DNA of 38,520 nucleotides from Candidatus Thorarchaeota archaeon SMTZ1-45 (GTDB lineage Archaea; Asgardarchaeota; Thorarchaeia; Thorarchaeales; Thorarchaeaceae): assembly GCA_001563335.1 (NCBI GenBank), contig LRSL01000098.1, forward strand, positions 1 to 38,520. Reading direction: 5' to 3'. Each line of letters starts with the position of its first letter. Within the stretch, counting starts at the first letter, position 1. Under the pieces are notes generated by a model. It worked only from the letters and a program-made list of their open reading frames with translations. It was not told the DNA's origin and searched no databases. Shown here piece by piece: positions 1-9,810 of this stretch. Both the position numbers and the translations under genes were made by a program.

Positions 1-824
1 ATCGTGTACAAAGATCTGAGTTGGATGAATACATCTCTGTTGTCTTTCGTGAAGCAAAGGCTGCTAGGAGTGCTCGAGGTCGTTCAGGAAACCCAACTAG
101 GAGTGAAATATTATCAGAAGCGATTAAATTCTATGCATCAACAGCCACAGTCGCTGATGAAAAGGTCAAAATATTAGTTCTAGATGAGGCTGATGCCTTA
201 AGCTGGAGTATGCAGCAAGCACTTCGTAGAACTATGGAATTGTATAGTGCTGCTTGTCGATTTATACTCATCACCCCAACATTATCAGGATGGAGTCCAG
301 CGATTATCTCTCGATCTTTGACTCTAAATTTCTCAACTCCCCCACCTGAAGTTGTCCAAAGTTTGATCGCAGATATAGCTGCAAAGGAAAATGTGACCAT
401 AGATGATTCAGCTTTGAAGGCAATTGCAAGAGAGTCAACAGGAGACCTGAGACGCGCAATAAATCTCCTTCAGATTGCATCTACTGCTAGTGATACTGTT
501 ACTGAAGACGTTGTCTACGAACACTCTGAAACCTACCTTATTACGAAAACACGGAATCTCGTAACTCTCGCTCTTGATGGTCAGTATGAACCAGCAAGAA
601 AAGCAATTCGAAACCTCGTGGCAATTGATGGTTATTCACCCCAAGAGGTCTGTCTTGAAATTCAACGAGATGTTACTAAACGACCCTTTGCGCCTGTAGT
701 TCTCAGTAAGGTTCTAGATAGGATTGCAGAGATCGATTATCGCATTCTGCACGGAAAGAATGCATTTGTTCATCTGGCTGCACTTCTTGCATCACTTCGA
801 GCAATTGCTGCTGAGTCGACCTAA
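1..824 (+). CDS. rfcS: Replication factor C small subunit-like clamp-loader ATPase (5' end outside window)
   Basis: Walker B LVLDEADAL, QQALRRTME, IISRS (SRC-like), GDLRRAINLLQ and a C-terminal collar domain. The frame is open from base 3 and no Walker A is visible, so the start lies upstream. Confidence 0.85.
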   Translation, partial: RVQRSELDEYISVVFREAKAARSARGRSGNPTRSEILSEAIKFYASTATVADEKVKILVLDEADALSWSMQQALRRTMELYSAACRFILITPTLSGWSPAIISRSLTLNFSTPPPEVVQSLIADIAAKENVTIDDSALKAIARESTGDLRRAINLLQIASTASDTVTEDVVYEHSETYLITKTRNLVTLALDGQYEPARKAIRNLVAIDGYSPQEVCLEIQRDVTKRPFAPVVLSKVLDRIAEIDYRILHGKNAFVHLAALLASLRAIAAEST

Positions 825-1108
825 AACATTTGTTCGATTTTATTATCAATTCTAACCTTATTATACAGAGCAGAAATAAGGTTGGGCGAGAGATCTTGAC
901 TGTCATACAAAAACTCTGCTTTTAGAGAATCCTCCTCTCTTGATATCATTTCATTATTCGTAGCCAATGTAAGCATTCGCCTGATTTGACTTGGACTTCC
1001 ATATCTACATCTGAATGAGATGAACTCAACAGCATCCTCAACTTGGACAGGACTCCCTTTCTTTCTAAAAAGGTGTGCAAGAATCAGAAGGAGGTTTCTG
1101 CCATTCAT
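821..1108 (-). CDS. DUF2240-like archaeal protein (95 aa)
   Basis: LAHLFRKKG...FISFRCRYGSPSQIRRMLTLA resembles the DUF2240 N-terminus. Stop overlaps the rfc stop (convergent). Confidence 0.6.
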   Translation of the reverse strand: MNGRNLLLILAHLFRKKGSPVQVEDAVEFISFRCRYGSPSQIRRMLTLATNNEMISREEDSLKAEFLYDSQDLSPNLISALYNKVRIDNKIEQMF

Positions 1109-1205
1109 GATTTATGTGGCACCCGACAGCCTTTTAGAAGTTGTCGTGTCTGAAACTCTAGAAATGACTAATCGTCAATTAATGCATGTCCATGGGCACA
1201 CGATT

Positions 1206-2126
1206 ATGGAATTGGAGTTACTCTTACAAGACGCATGTGATTTGTTCGATGAGGTTGTGAAATTAGAGAGCAACGCACTTGGAGGATGGTCCAACATAAA
1301 CATCCGCGGTCATTCAGATGAAATTGATTTCGTATTGAAACTGCCTTCAACAATTTCATCTCACTCTATCCAACCATACAAGAAACTCTACAATATTTGC
1401 CTATTCTTAAACCACCATGGTATTGCTCCGCAGCCCTTATCCTTTGGTCGACTTTCGGATTCAGCTGAAACTCCGTTCATAATCTTTGAATACGTCAGAG
1501 GTCATATTCACGAAACTCTAGCTGAATTTTCATCCAATGAAATAGAAGCTCTCAAGGAGTGCCTACAAATCCTCGCTCAGCAAAAACCTCCTGGTTTCAA
1601 AAGATACAATTCAGCTTCTGACTATCTTCTAACTGCACATGCGCTTGTTGAAAATCATGAAGGTTTTCATAAGAGTTCTCAAGAACTTCATGATCTAATC
1701 AACTCATTCGTCAGGTTATATCCTGAAGTTCTTTCATACACTAATTCTCTGGATGAGTGGTCTCAGTCATTAATGCATGGTGACTTGTGGGTTCCTAACA
1801 TAGTCTTGCAATCTGGAAAAGTAATCCTACTGGATTTTGAAAATGCTTCATATGGATGTCAACAATATGACATAGCCTATCTTTTTGAAGCACCTAGCAA
1901 TACTCCAGAAGAGCAACCTCTAGGACTGCTATCTCCACATGAAGTAGATGAAGTAAATAGCTTGAGACCACTTGCATTAGCATATATTATTGAGTGGTCT
2001 TTAGAACGATTGCTTTCAGTGGAGTCTAAACTGATTGAACCAAATTTGGCCACAAGAGATAGTTGGTTGGCTGTTGTTGGTTATACCCGTTCTAAGATAT
2101 CTCGCTTGAAATCACTTCTTCTCTAG
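1206..2126 (+). CDS. Aminoglycoside phosphotransferase / choline kinase-like small-molecule kinase
   Basis: FVLK, IIFEYVRG, Brenner motif HGDLWVPN, LLDFE and YDIAYL. The track start at 1020 overlaps the divergent gene; ATG 1206 is more plausible but uncertain. Confidence 0.8.
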   Translation: MELELLLQDACDLFDEVVKLESNALGGWSNINIRGHSDEIDFVLKLPSTISSHSIQPYKKLYNICLFLNHHGIAPQPLSFGRLSDSAETPFIIFEYVRGHIHETLAEFSSNEIEALKECLQILAQQKPPGFKRYNSASDYLLTAHALVENHEGFHKSSQELHDLINSFVRLYPEVLSYTNSLDEWSQSLMHGDLWVPNIVLQSGKVILLDFENASYGCQQYDIAYLFEAPSNTPEEQPLGLLSPHEVDEVNSLRPLALAYIIEWSLERLLSVESKLIEPNLATRDSWLAVVGYTRSKISRLKSLLL

Positions 2127-3829
2127 TTGAAAAACTTCTCTGGAGGCGTTTCCCAAATTCTCTCCTTTGCTGACGCAATTACATATTGATAGCCTTGTTC
2201 AGTTAAAAAGAGCTGACGTTTTGCTGCAAAATCCATATCCCTTGTGTCCTTTGTGATGAGAGAGTAGAAACGGGCAAAACTCCCATCCGTCTTTGGTCTG
2301 AGAATTCTACCTAATCTTTGAGCCTCCTCCTGTCGTGATCCAAAAGTTCCAGACACCTGAATAGCAACATTCGCATCTGGAAGGTCAAGAGCAAAGTTAG
2401 CAACTTTGGAAACTATCAGTATCTTCTCCTTACCCTCTTTAAAAGCTTCATAGAGGCGTTGTCTTTCATCATTGCTTGTTTTGCCAGTGATCAATGGCGC
2501 TCCGACTTCGTCAGCAATCAACTTCAACTGGTCAAGATACATGCCAATCACTAGTATGTTGTCATTGGAGTGATATTTTAGTAACTCGTTAATGATGACA
2601 ATTTTTAACGGATTTTCCGCTGCGATTCTGTATTTCTTCCTATCTTCAGCTAATGCATAAGGTCTTCGTAAGTCATCTGGAAGATCAAGTCTAATCTCGT
2701 AGCATACAGCTGTAGCAATCCATCCTTGGTCTTCGAGCTGTTTCCATGGCATATCGAACCTTTTTGGACCAATAAGACTGAAGACATCCTCTTCCCTTTC
2801 ATCCTCACGCACCAATGTTGCTGTAAGCCCCAGTCTTCTTGTCGCTTGGATTGTTGCAGTCACTCGAAAAACTGGGGCGGGAAGCAGATGCACCTCGTCA
2901 TAAATAATAAGTCCCCAGTTCCTCGCCTCGAATATCTTGAAATGAGGAAATATATCCTCACGAGTCTTGCGCCAAGTGAGAATCTGATATGTAGCTACAG
3001 TGACAGGGCGAATTTCCTTCATATCGCCCGTGTATTCACCGATGTCTTCTGGCCTTAGAGTGGTCTTATCAAGAAGTTCTGCTATCCATTGTCTAACAGC
3101 TACAACATTTGGACATAGTATGACTGTTGAAGTCTGGAGCTTGTGCATCGCTCCAATTCCTACCATTGTTTTCCCAGCTCCGCATGGCAAAACAACAACG
3201 CCAGAGCCTCCCTTTACACCTCCACCCGCATAAAAAATGGCTACAGCATCTTCCTGATAACCTCTAAGACCCCATCCCTTACCATCAAGTGTCACTTCAC
3301 GGATTTCAAATGGTAAATGTTCACCCTCAACATACCCTGCAATGTCCTCAACTGGGTGTCCTATTTCTATTAGTGCGTGTTTCAGAAATCCACGCTGTCC
3401 TGGATCAACTCGCAGAGTTACTTCATCAACTCGATCAATGAGGAATTCTTTGACTCTCTTATCTGACCATATCTCCTCTGCTAAATCTTCGTCAGCACAT
3501 AAGAGAAGGAGATCAGGACCCTCTTTGTAAAGTGAAAGCTGTCCATATCTGGACATATAATCAACAATCTCTCTTGCAATGTTGCCAGGAATTGGGTATT
3601 TAGCAAACTGCTCCAGTGCAGCAATCACTTCATCCGGAGTCATTCCCATTGCCGCTGCATTCCATAAGCTCAGAGGTGTGACCCTGTAGGTGTGAACATA
3701 CTCTGGGCTCTTTACAAGTTCAGCAAAACGAGCCAATGAATCACGAGCGTCCTCATATAGCGGATTGTCTACTTCTAGAAGCACTGATTTGTCAGACTGT
3801 ACAATGAGTGGATTACTCGGATTAGCCAT
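2123..3829 (-). CDS. xpb: XPB/Rad25/Ssl2 family SF2 DNA helicase
   Basis: N-terminal helicase-associated domain (PLIVQSD...YRVTPLSLWNA), LPCGAGKT, DEVH, LGLTATLVRED and QRLGRILR. Confidence 0.93.
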   Translation of the reverse strand: MANPSNPLIVQSDKSVLLEVDNPLYEDARDSLARFAELVKSPEYVHTYRVTPLSLWNAAAMGMTPDEVIAALEQFAKYPIPGNIAREIVDYMSRYGQLSLYKEGPDLLLLCADEDLAEEIWSDKRVKEFLIDRVDEVTLRVDPGQRGFLKHALIEIGHPVEDIAGYVEGEHLPFEIREVTLDGKGWGLRGYQEDAVAIFYAGGGVKGGSGVVVLPCGAGKTMVGIGAMHKLQTSTVILCPNVVAVRQWIAELLDKTTLRPEDIGEYTGDMKEIRPVTVATYQILTWRKTREDIFPHFKIFEARNWGLIIYDEVHLLPAPVFRVTATIQATRRLGLTATLVREDEREEDVFSLIGPKRFDMPWKQLEDQGWIATAVCYEIRLDLPDDLRRPYALAEDRKKYRIAAENPLKIVIINELLKYHSNDNILVIGMYLDQLKLIADEVGAPLITGKTSNDERQRLYEAFKEGKEKILIVSKVANFALDLPDANVAIQVSGTFGSRQEEAQRLGRILRPKTDGSFARFYSLITKDTRDMDFAAKRQLFLTEQGYQYVIASAKERIWETPPEKFFN

Positions 3830-4374
3830 GTTGTTTCATCATCCAGTTATCTCTTTATATACCTTTGACTCTGTGCCCCGAGTAATGCGTTAACACGGAG
3901 GTGCAATGAACACATGATTGTAATTATACTTGATAATGTAGTAGATTCCTGCACCGACGTTGAAACAGCCTAAATGGTTGTCACTGCTTCTGTGTGCTTA
4001 TTCATTCATTATACGCATCGTGTATGAATGGTCATTGAAGCACAAAGTTAGTTGTGGGTTTCGACTTCTTGCGGTTTGCTGTGCTACTAATGTAAGATGC
4101 GTGTCGCTCAGTCAATGAGAGTGAAACAAAAAGTGTATACTAACAATCACAAGGAAAGTCGTTCGCAAAAAACATGTAATGCGAGTCTAGAACGCAGCTG
4201 TTTGGATAGGCAGAATCCAAAGAAGCGGAGAGCTCCTCTCTTGGATAGCATCCCAGGAATAAATCATGGGTGTCGGCTTTCTATGAGTGAGGTGATCTAA
4301 TAGATGACCCCTATAGTAGAGGTGCTAAATATCCGAAGATTGCAAGTAAGCACCATTAATGGGAAGGTGCAAGA

Positions 4375-5211
4375 ATGAGTCGTGTAGACAAGTTCAACCC
4401 TCTAGTAAAGGGTAGTACCATTGACCAGAAAAGAGATGCAATTCGAGGAGGTACAAGCGGAAAAGCTCAGATAGCTGAACCAAGATTCGAGGAGATCCGT
4501 CAAGATGCAATCAATTTCGGACTTGCAACTGATGTATTATATCCAATGAGTGCTGGAAAAGAGGCGTCGATTTTCTTAGCGTTATGGAATACTCATCCTA
4601 TCATTTTGAAAGCTTACAGACTCTGGGCGACTCCTCATAAACTATCTACAACAAAGGGGTATATCAGAGAATCCAGTCGTAAGAAGACTAGATGGATTCT
4701 AGGTCTAATAGAGGATGTTACAGTAGCAGAGTTCGATATTCTTCAGAATTGCTATAATGCAGGTGTAAGAGTTCCAACACCAATATCAAGAGTGGCAAAT
4801 TACCTTACAATGAGATTCATAGGGGATGGCGAAACTCCAGCTCCTCAATTAAGAGAGATAGAATTGGAGGATCCTGAAGCTGCACTAAATGATGTCTTCG
4901 ATCAATACCTACTGATGTACCGTGATGCTCATTATGTCCATGGAGACCTAAGCGCATACAACATTCTCTGGTGGAGGAACAAGCCATGGATTATCGATGT
5001 ACCTCAGAGTGAAGCTGTCAATAAATGGTCTGACATGAGTAAGGTAGAATTGATGCTTCGTCGTGACATCCATAATGTTCTGAGTTACTTCAAGAGCTAT
5101 GGACTCGAGCGCAATCCTGAACATATTCTCAATGTATTTCTAGATGCATATATACCTGATAACTTGAGGAACTATCGAGAACTTCGTAAAGAGGGCCTTG
5201 AATTGATCTAA
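4375..5211 (+). CDS. RIO1-family Ser/Thr protein kinase
   Basis: SAGKEASIF, GVRVPTP, HGDLSAYNIL and IIDVPQ. ggaaggtg upstream is a possible RBS. Confidence 0.9.
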   Translation: MSRVDKFNPLVKGSTIDQKRDAIRGGTSGKAQIAEPRFEEIRQDAINFGLATDVLYPMSAGKEASIFLALWNTHPIILKAYRLWATPHKLSTTKGYIRESSRKKTRWILGLIEDVTVAEFDILQNCYNAGVRVPTPISRVANYLTMRFIGDGETPAPQLREIELEDPEAALNDVFDQYLLMYRDAHYVHGDLSAYNILWWRNKPWIIDVPQSEAVNKWSDMSKVELMLRRDIHNVLSYFKSYGLERNPEHILNVFLDAYIPDNLRNYRELRKEGLELI

Positions 5212-5367
5212 GATGTGTAGTAAGCCTTCAGTCAATCTATTTTATCTTAAATAGAGAAAATACATAATGAGCCTCAAGCCTGCAGCTGAGGCTCAATACG
5301 ACATCGTTTGGACGGGTATCGGGCAGGACTACCTCGTTAGACCACTGCTGTGGTCCTTTGTCCATGT

Positions 5368-5823
5368 TCAGGAAACCTTTTTGAGGACCACTCTGGATAC
5401 TCCAGGGATCTTCTTTAGGCTGTCCTCGAGTTCGTTGAGGGTTACAACCAGTTGGTCTGGTATGAAGTAACACTCATAGTAACAACGTTCGCCGCGTAAA
5501 CATACTCCGGTTGTGAAGATGATGTCACTAAGTTTTGCGTCGTTGAATGCAAAGTTCAATTGCTTCAAGAAATTGCGAGATAAGTCGCTTATCTCAATCC
5601 TTAGCAAGTAAATGTCCTCATTAGCAACTGGGAAGATCTTCACGACTCGGTCTTTGTGGTGCATGACCACTAACCCTGCCTTCTCCCCGATGTCTGCCAC
5701 AAACTCAGCCGGGAAAACCACTGGTTCTCCAGGTGTTAGATGAAGAATGATTGCTGAAGTAGCGCCTTCCTTATCTATTACCACGGGTCCAACCTCGAAG
5801 TCATAATCTAGTAAAGGTTTCAT
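5368..5823 (-). CDS. Hypothetical protein with a possible C-terminal ACT-like domain
   Basis: Coherent 151-aa ORF from ATG 5823. LLRIEISD...LEDSLKKIPGVSRVVL fits an ACT-like pattern. Confidence 0.6.
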   Translation of the reverse strand: MKPLLDYDFEVGPVVIDKEGATSAIILHLTPGEPVVFPAEFVADIGEKAGLVVMHHKDRVVKIFPVANEDIYLLRIEISDLSRNFLKQLNFAFNDAKLSDIIFTTGVCLRGERCYYECYFIPDQLVVTLNELEDSLKKIPGVSRVVLKKVS

Positions 5824-6136
5824 ATAACTCTGTATATTAAAGGTTTGGTGGTTGGAATATCCCTGCGTTTGTCTTATCAAAACGAGCTAATGATGTGAAA
5901 AATAGCACGATGTCATGAAAATTCACACAGTTCAGTCTGGATTGCTGACTCTGGGATGGGTCTTATTAACAACTCATAGAACTCTGCTCCCTTAAGTAAC
6001 ACTAAGGTTTGACTTAGATTTTACTTCTTTCAAGGAATATTCCCCTAAAACACCTCCCGCGCTAAATCCTAGACATTCTTTAAGGCGGAATCTATAATTG
6101 GACTCATGTCATCGCATAGTGAGAGGAGAGAGAATA

Positions 6137-6850
6137 GTGCACCCACGTCTATCCCAACTGCTTGGTTTGATTCTCTGCATTGTATCAATTGCTATGACCT
6201 ATATAGTATATCAAAGTACTATGATGATTGAAGGTCAAGACTTCTCAATATTGATTGCGTCTGGCATGGTTGCATGGGGGATTGTTGCCCTGCCTGAGCT
6301 TGCAATTGGGCTTTGGCTGATAGCCAAAGGAACTCGCGAAGCGCGAATTGGAGATGTATCAGGCGTTCTCATTCCTCTTGTTCAGAAGGAGGGTCGAATT
6401 AGTGTGGATGATGCTGCCAGAGAGCTTGGTGTTGAGCCCGAGGTTGTGGCTGACGCGGCTGAGAAACTATCAAAACGTAGACTACCCCTAGTATATTTGG
6501 ATCGACGAGCTCATGAGATTGTGAGTCCCAAGGCAGTGTCACTGAAAGAGAGTCTTCTATATCTTCTATATGCACAACGACGAATGACATTCGACCAGAT
6601 TTATCGTGTCACTGAGTCAACTGATGAACAAATTGTTGATGCTCTAAAGGAGCTTTCGAAGCAGGGTAAATTTAGAGGAGTCATTGATGAGAACTCTAGA
6701 GTGGTTTATACTCAAGAAGCAGTTTCTCAACTGCCAAAAGCTGTGACTGTCTGTCCTAACTGTGATGGAAAATTGGATGCACCAGTTCTCCCTGGTGAAG
6801 AAGAATCATGCCCATATTGCGGACACATCATCACTAACAAGTTGAAATAG
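6137..6850 (+). CDS. Two-TM membrane protein with tandem winged-helix (PCI-like) domains and a C-terminal zinc ribbon
   Basis: Two hydrophobic helices, then GRISVDDAARELGV and GKFRGVIDENSRVVY, then CPNC...CPYCG. GTG 6137 follows gagaggag. Confidence 0.7.
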   Translation: MHPRLSQLLGLILCIVSIAMTYIVYQSTMMIEGQDFSILIASGMVAWGIVALPELAIGLWLIAKGTREARIGDVSGVLIPLVQKEGRISVDDAARELGVEPEVVADAAEKLSKRRLPLVYLDRRAHEIVSPKAVSLKESLLYLLYAQRRMTFDQIYRVTESTDEQIVDALKELSKQGKFRGVIDENSRVVYTQEAVSQLPKAVTVCPNCDGKLDAPVLPGEEESCPYCGHIITNKLK

Positions 6851-6915
6851 AAACTATATTCAAGTAAATGGATCTATTTTTAGTTTGAATTTAGTCATTC
6901 TTTTGTTAGTGTGCA

Positions 6916-7206
6916 TTAATTAACCTCAAATTTGTTAGGTACTATTGGAACGGCATATGTTATGTCATCAAAGCCCGCTTCTGCAAATACTCTTGCTTCA
7001 CCCATTGTTGAAGCAGTAATACCCTATGCTCCATACTCAAGTTGTCTCATACCAATTTCGATGCACTCGTGAGTCTTAATATGTGGACAAAGATCCACTC
7101 CATTATACTCAGCTCTCTCCGCCATGCTTTTGAGATTGTTCTCCAACCGCTCCAGATCGATTAGGAGTGCTGGTGTCATAAGATCACTCGTTTGTAATTT
7201 CCTCAT
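6916..7206 (-). pseudogene. Remnant of a fold-type III PLP enzyme (D-threonine aldolase / DSD1 family)
   Basis: TPALLIDLERLENN and PHIKTH. In-frame TAG at 7024-7026, after which similarity continues (GITASTMGEARVFAEAGFDDITYAVP) to TAA at 6916-6918. Only about 96 codons are present. Confidence 0.85.
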
Positions 7207-7300
7207 TGTGTGAATGTCTCCTTTGACTTTGTTAAGCAATCCCTAATAATCTCGTGCAGACCAAGCGAAATAATTATGAGATACATGACTACTAAATTGA

Positions 7301-7813
7301 TTGGTTTTAGAAATGGATACAATTCCTTCAATCCTCTTACATATGCTCGAACATGAGAGTTCGCAAGCGAGATTTGTACTTGCATCTGTGAAAGATGTCG
7401 ACATGCAATTTACTCCAATGGATTCGCTTCGTACACTCGATGATCTGGCTAATCACCTTGCTCTATCTCCGTTGATTGACTTTTATTGCTATACAAAGAA
7501 ATTCCAGGAGGTTGAACAGGTCCAAGAGATGGAACAGCAACTAAAGTGTGACAATATTGAGGATATGCTAAAAGCCTTTGACAAAGGAATTGGAATTATC
7601 AAAGAGCACATATCTGCATTGTCAAACGATCAAGCTCTCGAAGAGAATCTGAAGGCAGTCTATGAACAAGGCCCCGATAGGAATTGGGCTCATTACCTAC
7701 CTGAGATTACAACACATTTGGCGATGCACAAGATGCAGTTGTGGATGTATCTAAAACTTGCAGGGGCTCCTGTGAGCATGTGGACATACTATGGTGTTCC
7801 TAGAAATGAATGA
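7301..7813 (+). CDS. DinB/YfiT-family four-helix bundle protein
   Basis: FTP..SLRTLDDLANHL and THLAMHKMQLWMYLKLAG, giving the metal-binding His pattern. Confidence 0.82.
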   Translation: MVLEMDTIPSILLHMLEHESSQARFVLASVKDVDMQFTPMDSLRTLDDLANHLALSPLIDFYCYTKKFQEVEQVQEMEQQLKCDNIEDMLKAFDKGIGIIKEHISALSNDQALEENLKAVYEQGPDRNWAHYLPEITTHLAMHKMQLWMYLKLAGAPVSMWTYYGVPRNE

Positions 7814-7819
7814 GTGTGT

Positions 7820-9247
7820 TCAAGTAATTCCATGCTGATCTCCACGAATTCTTCTTCTTAGATTCAAACGAACCTCATCAATCTTCTCAGCCATTCTACT
7901 CTTCTTAGGCCAGTATTCCTTGATTTCATCAAACCCGTGGACATCCCAATATAGTGGACAAGCGCCATAGCAATAATCAAAGTGCTCGCAAGCCTTGCAA
8001 CCTTCAGGTGCAAAATCCTTTGCTCTCCAAAACTGAGATGCTCGATTGTACCATACTTGTTCGAAACTCTCAGTAAGAAGGTTGCCAACAGGTTCACTAA
8101 AACTTGAGCATGGTAGTACGCCTCCCTCAGCATCAATTGAGAGTAGCCCATCACAACATGCACAGCTCTTAGCTCCAAGTCCATGTGCAATTGGATTGAA
8201 AAGGCAAACTGGTGTTGGTGCATACCAGACGAATTGTACACCTCTTTTATTGGCTCGCCGCTTAACACGTTTCACTATATCTTTGATTTCAGCATATTTG
8301 ACTTGGAGCTCATCTCTGAGTTTGGCTGCTGTACCTGTGTATATCACCATATTCATACTAAAGTAAGTGAGTTTTAGTTCATTAGCATGGAAGTCTACGA
8401 GCTCTTCTAGTTTGTCAAGATTGGGTCGGCATATAGTGGTATTGCAGTGCGTATAGATGTCAGTTTTTTGAAGGTTCTTTATACCCTGAACTGTTCTCTT
8501 AAAAGCACCTTGGATTCCAACAATATAATCATGCGTTTCAGCATCAGGTCCTTCAATAGAAACCTGGGCACTGTTTAATCCAGCATCTACTAGTTTTTGT
8601 ACATATGCAGGGTCATGACAACGAATTCCATTTGTTATGAGATTGACTCTCAGTCCTCTCTCCCGTGCATAAGATATCAGGTCAAATAGATCCTCACGTA
8701 GCGTTGGTTCTCCACCTGTGAAAGACAAGCTAGGAACATGAGCATCATCCACGATGATGTCAATGACCTGCTTGACCTCTGCAGTTGTCATCTCACCAGA
8801 TTCTCGGAATGGAGAATAAGCATAGCAAAACCGACACTTGTTGTTGCATCTATAAGTGAGAGCAATCTCACTTAGTACAGGATACTTAATTTCACCCTCC
8901 CCAAATGGCACAATCCTAGCTGTTTTGTAACTGTAGATATTTTGGTTCCCAATGGTCATATTACGAAGATCATCAACAAACGCCGCTATGTCATTCATTA
9001 TAACCTGTCTTTCCCCGCCTGCTTCAACAAAGAAGCTAATGATGTCTTCCAATTTATCACCATCAAGTAGCATCTTGAGCATGTGCATCCCTGTTTCGTT
9101 AAGGTGCATGGTTTTGTTTGGTCGTAAAATTAGCAGGTTGTCTTGTGGTCTGACGAAGAAAAAGTCTCTCACCTCATCTATGAATGCAGGTACCCATTGA
9201 AGGTCTTCTAATGTGTAATCATAATTGGGAATTGAACGTGAGGTCAT
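7820..9247 (-). CDS. Radical SAM/SPASM peptide maturase with an N-terminal PqqD (RRE) domain
   Basis: RRE-like LNETGMHMLKMLLDG...DIAAFVDDL, CNNKCRFC, FTGGEPTLR and ITNG. SPASM cysteines CACCDG..IDAEGGVLPC...CKACEHFDYCYGACP. Confidence 0.92.
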   Translation of the reverse strand: MTSRSIPNYDYTLEDLQWVPAFIDEVRDFFFVRPQDNLLILRPNKTMHLNETGMHMLKMLLDGDKLEDIISFFVEAGGERQVIMNDIAAFVDDLRNMTIGNQNIYSYKTARIVPFGEGEIKYPVLSEIALTYRCNNKCRFCYAYSPFRESGEMTTAEVKQVIDIIVDDAHVPSLSFTGGEPTLREDLFDLISYARERGLRVNLITNGIRCHDPAYVQKLVDAGLNSAQVSIEGPDAETHDYIVGIQGAFKRTVQGIKNLQKTDIYTHCNTTICRPNLDKLEELVDFHANELKLTYFSMNMVIYTGTAAKLRDELQVKYAEIKDIVKRVKRRANKRGVQFVWYAPTPVCLFNPIAHGLGAKSCACCDGLLSIDAEGGVLPCSSFSEPVGNLLTESFEQVWYNRASQFWRAKDFAPEGCKACEHFDYCYGACPLYWDVHGFDEIKEYWPKKSRMAEKIDEVRLNLRRRIRGDQHGIT

Positions 9248-9364
9248 TGTATTCTTGGTTCGCTCTATTCATCTTAAGGGTTAGGATAGAAGATATTCAA
9301 AAAATGAAAGGCTTATCAGTCCCCAATCTTGAGATAGAAATAACATCGTCGTGGAGTGTGTTCA

Positions 9365-9760
9365 ATGAGCACAAATGAGATAAAATTGCCATATGGCACA
9401 ATCACAAAGAAGAAACTAATCATGAATTTCAGTGCTTACGACATTGATTTACCAATAATTGCTGCTGGGATTCGAGAGAGAATGGATGTCTTTCGTGAAC
9501 TTGATGTCGAGTTCGCTGGTTTTGGTACAGAAGTACCTCCAAACATGAGTGAACAAACTCCTGCAATCGTGAAATGTTTCTTTGAGTATGTTGGGAAAGA
9601 TGCGGATGCAAGTGTCATTTTGAAACGAGTATATCATCTTGTATGGGGTGGTATGATAACGGAGTTTCCTGATCTAGTAGAATGGGCGGCTGCAAAAGCA
9701 GACTTATCGAACCTAACCATCGCACAAGCTGATGTTCTTAGAGCCCAAAGAGGGGACTAA
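9365..9760 (+). CDS. Hypothetical protein (131 aa)
   Basis: Protein-like composition, ATG 9365 after ggagtg. First gene of the unit divergent from the rSAM gene. Confidence 0.65.
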   Translation: MSTNEIKLPYGTITKKKLIMNFSAYDIDLPIIAAGIRERMDVFRELDVEFAGFGTEVPPNMSEQTPAIVKCFFEYVGKDADASVILKRVYHLVWGGMITEFPDLVEWAAAKADLSNLTIAQADVLRAQRGD

Positions 9761-9810
9761 ACTCATCAATGAATCCGTGTCTGGAGAGTATTTGACGAGA
9801 GGATAACGAC

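Noticed and set aside
1020-1205. N-terminal extension of the APH-like kinase
   Set aside because: Overlaps the divergent DUF2240-like gene; probably promoter region.
4097-4300. 67-aa ORF in the long intergenic region
   Set aside because: No recognisable motif or RBS; cannot be supported from the sequence.
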